Positions 55,850 to 64,000 of a DNA stretch of 64,000 bases are shown here, one piece after another. The position numbers were made by a program, and so were the translations under genes. The notes under the pieces were generated by a model that saw only the letters and a program-made list of their open reading frames with translations, had not been told where the DNA came from and ran no database searches. The DNA is taken from the IMG/VR virus record IMGVR_UViG_3300015366_000220; one strand, given 5' to 3'. The DNA is from an uncultured virus (IMG/VR IMGVR_UViG_3300015366_000220). Taxonomy: Duplodnaviria > Heunggongvirae > Uroviricota > Caudoviricetes. How positions within the stretch are numbered: the first letter of the stretch is position 1; each line of letters opens with the position of its first letter.

Positions 55850-57585
55850 TAGATAGCATATAAATTTGCATGGAAGTACATTGGGGTTGAACTTGGGGTG
55901 TATGAACTCTTCACCTCAACCTGCAACTTATCCCCATTACGGGCATCTACGTAGTAATTAACATCCCCAGTCAATTTAACTGATGCTGGTGTGCCAATAT
56001 TCCATGTAAATGTGGTTAATGTTGTCCCTGCACCATTTTTGATCGTAACAATGGCATCAGCTGAACTATATGCTTGTCCAGTATAAGCAATTGGGTATAA
56101 TTCGAATTCAGATATTCTTACTGGAGGAACTTTAACCTCATAGGTTGTTCCGGCAGCTGTATTTATGGCTAAAGTATTTGCTTCTATGGCAAAACATAGA
56201 GCATGTTTTTGTTGTGTGATATGGCGATGTATTCCAAGATGACCATATGTGGAAGAACCAAAATTCATCCACTGAGAGTCATATGCTCTATATGTACCAT
56301 CTAATCCAATACCACAATTAGTGAACATAAACATAGGAGACGCACCAACATTATATGGTGCGCCAGTAACATTAAATGTGCTGGATGTGCTAGTTACAAA
56401 TTCAGGCTCAATATCACAAGCATTTGCTATTATTAATAATTCTCTTTCCGTCGCACCATTAACATTATGTGATATTCTGTAGTTTTCCATGGCAACACAG
56501 CTTCTAAGCTCAATGCATCCTGCGCCATACCAAGTAAACATTTTATATGATTCTGGTGATACGATAGAAAATCCACCCATTGAGCATGAATCGTATATTA
56601 ATTTGATATATGCTGGTTCGTTTATTTTTTCCACCATCAACGATTGTGGACGCATTTCGAATCTTGTCTGGTGGAATGTCACACATGGGAAATTACCACC
56701 ACCAAATGTGTTCTGATCAGCACCAGATGGAACTTTGATCACTCTGGCATTTGGTGAATTGTCTAATGGAATAACACTACCCTGCGAATACAGGATACTT
56801 GATCCCTTTTGGAATTCAAATATTGTTCCAGTGAAATTTTCCGTATCAGATGCATAGAATCTCCAATTCACGGATTGGTTATTGATTAATCTGAACGCAC
56901 AGTCATTAAAATTCTCAAATTTGCAATTAAAGAATGTATTTTCTGATGCATTTGCCGCACCACTAGTCGCAGTTGGCATATAAAACAATTGAGTAAAGTT
57001 TGTGAATTTACAATTGGTGAATCTCATTCCTTGAGCAGTTCCAGTACTGTTATAGTACATGAAGTTTCTATTGGTTGCTGTTTTCCATGCAGTACTATCA
57101 CTGTCATTGACGTTTGTGGTGAATTGTATATCAGAGAAATCAGTGAATCCAAATATGTCATTATTGTATATGAGATAATTACCAGATCCGGTTCCTGTGA
57201 AGATTATCTGGGTGACACCTTCTTTGCCTTCTCCGGTAATTTTAAATGCACCAGCATATAATCCTTGAAATAGTGTGTTTGGTGCAGAAACTTTATATCT
57301 TCCTCTTGGGAAGTGCACATGCGCGGTATGTAATCTCCAGCCTAAACCAGTATTAAGATCGGTAGCGGGTGCTAGTGCATATGCAGCAGCAAGAGCAGAT
57401 TGTATGGCTGCACTATCATCCGTAACACCATCACCTTTGGCACCATATACTTTCACATTTATGGTGGTATCTAGGGTGTATTGATTACCATTACTCACCC
57501 AAGAGGCACCATCCCACTTCCATGAATTATTTCCTGATGTGTAGGTTTGTCCTAATGATGGTCCTGCTGGGAAATTTATTGCCAT
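55846..57585 (-). CDS. Tailspike/depolymerase (579 aa)
   Basis: NVKVYGAKGDGVTDDSAAIQSAL, HFPRGRY; beta-helix NCKF.NF repeats. Confidence 0.8.
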   Translation of the reverse strand: MAINFPAGPSLGQTYTSGNNSWKWDGASWVSNGNQYTLDTTINVKVYGAKGDGVTDDSAAIQSALAAAYALAPATDLNTGLGWRLHTAHVHFPRGRYKVSAPNTLFQGLYAGAFKITGEGKEGVTQIIFTGTGSGNYLIYNNDIFGFTDFSDIQFTTNVNDSDSTAWKTATNRNFMYYNSTGTAQGMRFTNCKFTNFTQLFYMPTATSGAANASENTFFNCKFENFNDCAFRLINNQSVNWRFYASDTENFTGTIFEFQKGSSILYSQGSVIPLDNSPNARVIKVPSGADQNTFGGGNFPCVTFHQTRFEMRPQSLMVEKINEPAYIKLIYDSCSMGGFSIVSPESYKMFTWYGAGCIELRSCVAMENYRISHNVNGATERELLIIANACDIEPEFVTSTSSTFNVTGAPYNVGASPMFMFTNCGIGLDGTYRAYDSQWMNFGSSTYGHLGIHRHITQQKHALCFAIEANTLAINTAAGTTYEVKVPPVRISEFELYPIAYTGQAYSSADAIVTIKNGAGTTLTTFTWNIGTPASVKLTGDVNYYVDARNGDKLQVEVKSSYTPSSTPMYFHANLYAIY

Positions 57586-57594
57586 ATTACACCT

Positions 57595-60500
57595 TTATAC
57601 CTGAATCCACTGAGAGCTAGTAACAGACCTACAGAAACGAAGTATCTGTCCTGCTGCCATATTTATGTTAGATGAACCCGTTAATCTGAATGTATCTGCT
57701 CCGGAAGCAGAATGTACTATGGTTAAATTATCATTACCCGCTTCAATTAATAAGTCACCATTTCTAGATAAATCAGCAGAAGTAAAGGTCGCTTTATTTA
57801 CAGTTGTACCTGATGATGCTGGAGTGACTGTGACTTTAGTATATCCAGTAACATCTATAGTCTGATTTGTTCCAGAAGGAGTAAATGCTGATGGAGTTCC
57901 ATATTTCATTGTTCCAGTAACAAATTTACCTGCTTGTATTGATCCAACAGAAAACGCAGATACCCCAGAATCATATGTTGTTCCTATGCGTGGTATTGTA
58001 TATGTTCCACCACCAGAATAATATGTGGATATTCCAGCAGCGTAAAATGCTCCGGTGGTATCGACAAATGATCCATTAACGCTAGAATATAAGTATGGGG
58101 TGTATGCGGATAATGTACCATCTCCATTAGGAACACCGCTACCATTAAATATTGTAGCCACGTTTAATTTTATCGGATTATATACTCCATATGTACCATT
58201 AGTTGCGCTTAATCCGGTGTAATTAGATTGTCCTCTAGCTGTAATATATGATTCGAAGGAACTTGACATTCCTGCTCTATCTATTTTTCCACCATTAAAT
58301 TCGACAATTTTATACGCAGTCTGTAATCTAACTCCACATTTAGTGAAATGTTCAATGTTGCAGTTTGTCAATAATACTTCGCAATAGCTAGTAGTTATAT
58401 ACGAAGTCATGCTTTGGGATACATATGTTCCACCAACAGTAACAGTATACACTAATGGGTTTCCACCAACATTAGTCGCAGTAATTTTACCTAAACTTGT
58501 ACCATCAGACGATCTCACCCATTCATCCACGCTTAATGATCCAGAAGATAATGTTAATGTTGTTCCTGTGCAAGAAGCAGTAAATCTTTTGTTTATGAAA
58601 TCTGCTTGGAAACCATCAGTTGAGGTTGGATCTTGATTAAATACTCCCCAATAATCGCCTTGGTTTAGCCCATTACATCCAATCAAGTTAGTAACACCAT
58701 CGAGACGATATCCGGCTTTTCCTGTACCACACACTGCGGCATAGCAGTTCAACCAGACACAAGTGTTACTGCAACTTACTCTAAATGAGTGTCCATTTGT
58801 AGAACTGGCAACAATACTGTCGAATTTATTAGAGAACCCACCATTAATATAGAACGCATCGCCTTTTGATCTGATGGCTAATCTCTCAAACCTAGAGTTA
58901 TAAACATCAACTAATCCAAGATCTACTCCAATACCAGTATTTCCCCCACTCCATATACCAGTATTATTATCATACACAGTATCACCATCATATATCGCAA
59001 AATCTCTCCAGTGGCTATTGAATGATGCAGTACTTTCTGGGACAGCTTTAAATATCGAATAACCTGCGTATCCAGTAAATTTAGCCACAAATTGGGTGTT
59101 TTGAACCCCATCACCATATATATTGCATGTGTAATTCGGGAAAATTATTGGTTTTGTAAGTAAATATGTCCCAGCCGGAGCATATGCAGCAGAAACTCTT
59201 GCTCCAGTTGTAGCAGATGAACTGGTCGAATGGTAATTCACCCATGCTTGAACAGCATCAGTATCATTGTTTATTCCATCTGCAAATGCACCGAAATCTT
59301 GTGGGGTTACTGCTCCATGCTCTGGCGCAAAGGTAACATGTCCACCCCAAGTGTTGCAGTAAATAAATCTGTTATTTTTTCTTACGACATTTTCAACTCT
59401 ATCGAGAGTACACATTCCACCAATATTATTGGTTATTGTGATGTTTTGTGGGTAAGAAGTATCAGCATAACCCCAAACAAGCACCCCATTTCCACCATGA
59501 CTTATATTCCCATCAATAAGAACATTACATGGAATTATATCTCCCATGGTTAATCCTTTATCTGGTGCTTGTTGTAATCCAACAACGCTTATCGCTGTGG
59601 GGAATCCACGCCCAAGATTACTCTTCATTGTATTATGAGCCACAACAGAATCTGTTCCTATACCATAAAGATCAATAATACCATCGATTACTGTATTGTT
59701 GATTATTTTGTTTCTTCTAACATCAGTTTCGATTGTAACAAGATCACCAGCAGTAACTTTTCTAAATTGTGTATTATACCACCATTGCTGACCACCACTG
59801 AAATCATCACCTAACGTAACTGTATTACTAGTTGATGCTGTGATTTTAAATGACTGTCCCTTTAAGCTACCAGATAAGAATTTTAATACTCGTCCTTTGA
59901 CTATATCAGTTGCGCCTATCGTATTAGATAAAGTGACAACATTTGCGCTTACTGGATTGATACTGGACGCTACAGTAGTACTACTCATATAAGCCGCACC
60001 ACCACCATCAAAGCTTATCCCTTCTTCTGAGCTGAACGAACATATATTATCCGAAATAATATTGTCGGTCATAGGAATATCATAATATGTGTGGGTTATA
60101 GGTGCTGGCATAAAGATAATATTAACATGCCCACCAGTTATCCTATTATTCTTGATTACATTCCTTGATCCACCCAAAAATGCAACTGCCCACATGCGAG
60201 GATGATTCGTTAATGTTATATTGGACGTTGATAGGAATGCTTCTTGCGCCTCACCATAATTAGCATTGTATGATCCTTGTGCCACTGCGGTAATTACCAT
60301 ACCAACTTTGTATGTGATGCCAGATGTACCCACTATTGTATTCCAATTTGCTTGTGCACCACTATCTGATCCTATATCAGTAATTCTATATGTTTTACCG
60401 ACCACAAATTGGTTTATTGATGAATCAGTGCCTGGTTTTATTATTGCTTTATAAATCCCCTGATCATCTTTCCCATACCTAAGTTTGTATTTGTATGGGG

Positions 60501-63500
60501 CTGATATTGGACATACGCCATCATATGTCAATGTGACGTTGCCATTTGTCGCTGATCCAGATAAATGTGTTGGGGCTGTTGTGCTAAGTTTAGCATCACC
60601 AGTAACTGCGGTAACCCTATAATAATGTCTTGTTCCGCTAATAACAGCATCACTAATGATACTATCCCCATACTTCATTGCTGATCCTGTGCACCAATTC
60701 CATGGATATGACCAAATAATACCTACCCACTCACCTTTATCGGTATATAAATTGGTGTTGTATGGTCTTAATAGGGAATTTGTGGTTACAGTCAATCCGG
60801 CAAATTCATCAGATGTATTTGTTGTGATTGTACCATTGGTATTTGTTATTGTGGCTGAAATCTGGCTAGTTATATCCCAATCATTACCAGACACCTCAGA
60901 ATCATCGGTTGCTGCAATATATGCCAATGCTTTAGGATAGTCTGGGTTGATTGATCCGCGCTTATTGTTCTTTATTTTTATTCTTTGTGGATATGTCTCA
61001 TGGAAACCAACACCAGTACTAATATCATATGTAGGTTCGTGGTTGAGAACATTTACTGCCACATCTTGCCAGTTGTAGTTTAGATTCGTGACTGGATCAT
61101 TTTGTCTATTCCAATCAAACGTGTTGTTAATGACATGCCAGTCATTCTTATTATAATAAGAATTCAGAGTCACATCAATCAACGTTAATCCATTGACAAT
61201 GGTGCCATTACCAAGATGTAGGTATATTGAACTTGTGGCTGTGATTGTACCACCACCAGTAATTTCTATGTTGTCTGGAAGTGTCACATCAGATGTTAAT
61301 TTGATAGTTAATGTTGGTTTGATTATTAATTTATTGATGCCAGATGTACGGACAAAATCAAGTGCTTGTTGGAAGAATGGAGTGTCATCACTGACACCAT
61401 CACCCTTAACACCAAATTGTTCTATAGAAACATGTGGTTTATTGACGAATCCACCAAAAGTCGAACCCAATAATAATGAATTTAAATCCATCCATTCATT
61501 TGATTCTTCTGTCACATTTGTAACATTACCCAAATAACATGAACCACCACGATTTCCTGTGATAGTTACATTTTTCATTTTATATGCAGATGCACCAAAA
61601 GTATCTACTTTGATACTATTCAAACCAGTATATTTGTTATTGGTAATGATTACATTATATGGATTTATCGCACCAACAGCACTACCCAGCACAGTACTTG
61701 TCCTTGATGCTGTTGCTGTTGGCAATCCAACTACAGCTATACCATATACACCACCACCATTTAAACTTGGCACATTGCTTAACATTATTGTGTTGCCATC
61801 AATGATAGTATCCGCACCACTACCCCAACATGATATACCTGCTGTGCCAGCATTGAGCGTATTGATAATGCTATTGTTTATTATTCTGTTTCTGCGCATA
61901 TCAATTTCAAGAGTAATCACATCCCCAATAGCAACATCATATCCATATGATAATCCGGGGAAGTCATCGCCTAATTGAATCGAATTTGCGGCAGCGGAAT
62001 ATATAATGCTGAACGATTTACCTTTAAGTCTACCACTCATGAATGTGGCAACTAAGCCAATAACCTCACCCGCATCTGATCCACGATTATCTGCCATAGT
62101 TAACACTACAGGATATCCACCACCAGAATTGGAATTGGTTACAGTTGTTGTCATGTAAACTGCACCATATGATGCATTACCACGACAATCTATACCGATA
62201 CTTTCTTCATTGATTTCTTTTATAGTATTATTGGAAATGATATTATCTGTAATAGGTGTACGGGATACATTAGTATTAGGCATCAATATAACACCAGTAA
62301 TACCACCAATGAATGTATTGTTTGTTATTATGTTTCTTGACCCACCACCCAAATAGACACCAGAACTGTAATTGGTACGAGCAAATATGGTAACATTTGT
62401 TCTATTTGTTATTGTGTTTGGATTACTATCTGCCACAACTGTCCATGTATTATCGCCTGTTTTTGCAGTAATAATACCAATATGAGTTCCATCGGATAGA
62501 TATAGTCTTAAATTATTGTTTGGATTTAATGATGGCGCACCAACAGTGGTTAATGTGCCAGTTGATGTTGGAGATCCAGCAGTCAAGTTACAATTATATA
62601 AGGATATCGCACCATTATCCCAATAGTTATTAGATACATCAGAATCATACATGGTATCAGCATATATGAACATTATTGGTGTACCCGTGATCTTTTTATT
62701 TCCACTTATTGTTAATCTTTTTGGTCCAGTCCCAAATCCAGCATTTATATTGATTGCTCTATCTATAGTCAAATATGCCTGATTGTATTCAAATGTGTTA
62801 TCTGTAATTGATATGTCATTTTGATCATATGGTATATCCAATGCCATATCTTTTAGATACATGTTGGATACTTTAGAACCAGTGTTTAAGTGTATCCAGC
62901 GTGTTCCACCGGATTGAAGTGACGTTATTCTTCCACCATAAATCTCAACTCCACTTGGAATTGTAATATGAGAGCTTACTGCGCAATCTCCATCAATTCT
63001 AATACGCTTGTTATTAGAGTTGGCTGCTGCGGATAGAGCAGTATTAATTGCCACAGTATCATCAGATATACCATCACCAATAGCACCAAAATCTTTTGTC
63101 GATATGCTTCTATCAGCTGTTATTTTCATATGCACAGTTGATAATGTTGATCCGCTGCTTGGGTTATTTGCAGTTGAGTATCGTGCGAAGTTGTTTCCAT
63201 ATTGCAAGAAATCAGTTAATGGTCCAAGCAGACAATAACTTCCTTTGTTATTGACGAGTGTGATATTTCGCATTTGTGCACTCGCTTCAGACGTACCGAA
63301 ATCATTAATGGAATAGAATGCTATTGACCCACTGACGATATTATCAGAAACGATTAAATTAGATGGAGCAAGATAACAATAGTGTCCACCAAGAAGTGTG
63401 CTGTTTTTTACAGCATAAGTAAACATAGATGTAATATCAATTCCGGATCCTGTATATGGATATGATCCATATTTGCTTCCAATAAGGGTATTGTGTGATA

Positions 63501-64000
63501 TTTGGCTATCAGATCCAATTCCCCATAATGTTATGGTTCCTTCTATAATGGTATTGTTAATTACTTTATTTCTTCTTATATCCGATTCAATCGAAACGAT
63601 ATCGCCAGCAGTCGCTACAGATTGGTCAACGTGGAATTGATTACCCCAATCATCTCCGAGAGTTACTACTGCTCCATTTACTGCGGTTATAGTAAATGAT
63701 TTTCCCGCCAATGCCCCACTATGGAATTTTAATATTCTTCCCACTGGAGAACATAATATTCCAGTGTTATTAATCACTGGGCTGGCATCGTCTGTTAATG
63801 TTATTTGCGAATTCCATCCACCTTGAGTTAATAGAATTACATTGGCACCAACAGAATGCGAATTGGCGAAAGTTGCGCTAAGAGATAATTTAGCGTCGTT
63901 GATTTTATAATAATTTACTACATCAGTTCCTATTTGAATAGTTCCTGAGTATGGAAACGCCCCAATATTCGTTACTGATATCGTTTCTAAGTATCCATTT
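57595..64000 (-). CDS. Giant multi-module tailspike-like protein (>2130 aa; 5' end outside the window)
   Basis: Frame read manually and open from 63999; three internal DFG/QFG..DG..DDT/NDT caps; many parallel beta-helix N-ladder repeats. Confidence 0.8.
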   Translation of the reverse strand, partial: NGYLETISVTNIGAFPYSGTIQIGTDVVNYYKINDAKLSLSATFANSHSVGANVILLTQGGWNSQITLTDDASPVINNTGILCSPVGRILKFHSGALAGKSFTITAVNGAVVTLGDDWGNQFHVDQSVATAGDIVSIESDIRRNKVINNTIIEGTITLWGIGSDSQISHNTLIGSKYGSYPYTGSGIDITSMFTYAVKNSTLLGGHYCYLAPSNLIVSDNIVSGSIAFYSINDFGTSEASAQMRNITLVNNKGSYCLLGPLTDFLQYGNNFARYSTANNPSSGSTLSTVHMKITADRSISTKDFGAIGDGISDDTVAINTALSAAANSNNKRIRIDGDCAVSSHITIPSGVEIYGGRITSLQSGGTRWIHLNTGSKVSNMYLKDMALDIPYDQNDISITDNTFEYNQAYLTIDRAININAGFGTGPKRLTISGNKKITGTPIMFIYADTMYDSDVSNNYWDNGAISLYNCNLTAGSPTSTGTLTTVGAPSLNPNNNLRLYLSDGTHIGIITAKTGDNTWTVVADSNPNTITNRTNVTIFARTNYSSGVYLGGGSRNIITNNTFIGGITGVILMPNTNVSRTPITDNIISNNTIKEINEESIGIDCRGNASYGAVYMTTTVTNSNSGGGYPVVLTMADNRGSDAGEVIGLVATFMSGRLKGKSFSIIYSAAANSIQLGDDFPGLSYGYDVAIGDVITLEIDMRRNRIINNSIINTLNAGTAGISCWGSGADTIIDGNTIMLSNVPSLNGGGVYGIAVVGLPTATASRTSTVLGSAVGAINPYNVIITNNKYTGLNSIKVDTFGASAYKMKNVTITGNRGGSCYLGNVTNVTEESNEWMDLNSLLLGSTFGGFVNKPHVSIEQFGVKGDGVSDDTPFFQQALDFVRTSGINKLIIKPTLTIKLTSDVTLPDNIEITGGGTITATSSIYLHLGNGTIVNGLTLIDVTLNSYYNKNDWHVINNTFDWNRQNDPVTNLNYNWQDVAVNVLNHEPTYDISTGVGFHETYPQRIKIKNNKRGSINPDYPKALAYIAATDDSEVSGNDWDITSQISATITNTNGTITTNTSDEFAGLTVTTNSLLRPYNTNLYTDKGEWVGIIWSYPWNWCTGSAMKYGDSIISDAVISGTRHYYRVTAVTGDAKLSTTAPTHLSGSATNGNVTLTYDGVCPISAPYKYKLRYGKDDQGIYKAIIKPGTDSSINQFVVGKTYRITDIGSDSGAQANWNTIVGTSGITYKVGMVITAVAQGSYNANYGEAQEAFLSTSNITLTNHPRMWAVAFLGGSRNVIKNNRITGGHVNIIFMPAPITHTYYDIPMTDNIISDNICSFSSEEGISFDGGGAAYMSSTTVASSINPVSANVVTLSNTIGATDIVKGRVLKFLSGSLKGQSFKITASTSNTVTLGDDFSGGQQWWYNTQFRKVTAGDLVTIETDVRRNKIINNTVIDGIIDLYGIGTDSVVAHNTMKSNLGRGFPTAISVVGLQQAPDKGLTMGDIIPCNVLIDGNISHGGNGVLVWGYADTSYPQNITITNNIGGMCTLDRVENVVRKNNRFIYCNTWGGHVTFAPEHGAVTPQDFGAFADGINNDTDAVQAWVNYHSTSSSATTGARVSAAYAPAGTYLLTKPIIFPNYTCNIYGDGVQNTQFVAKFTGYAGYSIFKAVPESTASFNSHWRDFAIYDGDTVYDNNTGIWSGGNTGIGVDLGLVDVYNSRFERLAIRSKGDAFYINGGFSNKFDSIVASSTNGHSFRVSCSNTCVWLNCYAAVCGTGKAGYRLDGVTNLIGCNGLNQGDYWGVFNQDPTSTDGFQADFINKRFTASCTGTTLTLSSGSLSVDEWVRSSDGTSLGKITATNVGGNPLVYTVTVGGTYVSQSMTSYITTSYCEVLLTNCNIEHFTKCGVRLQTAYKIVEFNGGKIDRAGMSSSFESYITARGQSNYTGLSATNGTYGVYNPIKLNVATIFNGSGVPNGDGTLSAYTPYLYSSVNGSFVDTTGAFYAAGISTYYSGGGTYTIPRIGTTYDSGVSAFSVGSIQAGKFVTGTMKYGTPSAFTPSGTNQTIDVTGYTKVTVTPASSGTTVNKATFTSADLSRNGDLLIEAGNDNLTIVHSASGADTFRLTGSSNINMAAGQILRFCRSVTSSQWIQV

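Noticed and set aside
935..63238. The many plus-strand ORFs of 60-160 aa in the track
   Set aside because: All lie antisense to well-supported minus-strand genes and show no recognisable motifs; typical shadow ORFs
63775..63777. Start codon of the 2060-aa ORF as given in the track
   Set aside because: The frame stays open to the window edge, so this GTG is probably internal
43009..64000. Diversity-generating retroelement or invertible tail-fibre cassette
   Set aside because: No reverse transcriptase, no template/variable repeat pair with adenine-specific differences, no invertase or inverted gene seen in this window

Overview
A 64-kb segment of an AT-rich T4-like (Tevenvirinae/Kyanoviridae-style) myovirus genome; essentially every real gene is on the minus strand. 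In transcription order (right to left): a ~21-kb cluster of tailspike/depolymerase-like virion proteins; the neck, packaging, tail and head module (gp13, 14, 15, 16, 17, 18, 19, 20, 67, 68, 21, 22, 23, 3) with four homing endonucleases; three tandem paralogous HEAT-like repeat proteins that look capsid-targeted; uvsY, uvsW, gp55, gp47, gp46; peptide deformylase; a CobT/CobS-like pair; a glycosyltransferase; dNMP kinase; gp45, gp44, gp62, regA; dUTPase, dCMP deaminase and small early genes. The highlight is the terminase gene (gp17), which carries two inteins, each invaded by an endonuclease near the intein N-terminus. Intein 1 stays open for 421 codons while a complete Zn-finger/Vsr-like endonuclease gene with its own late promoter and RBS is overprinted in the +1 frame. 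Intein 2 is split into a short IntN fused to a GIY-YIG nuclease and a separate IntC-TerL(C) gene. Other notable items: an identical 56-bp antisense sigma70-promoter/AT-rich element at two sites 38 kb apart (candidate origins), IHF-like boxes at early promoters, a GH5 glycosidase with a nested SGNH esterase, and a giant protein made of concatenated tailspike modules. All product calls come from motif recognition and gene order only; no searches were run. No tRNA, rRNA or CRISPR array was recognised.
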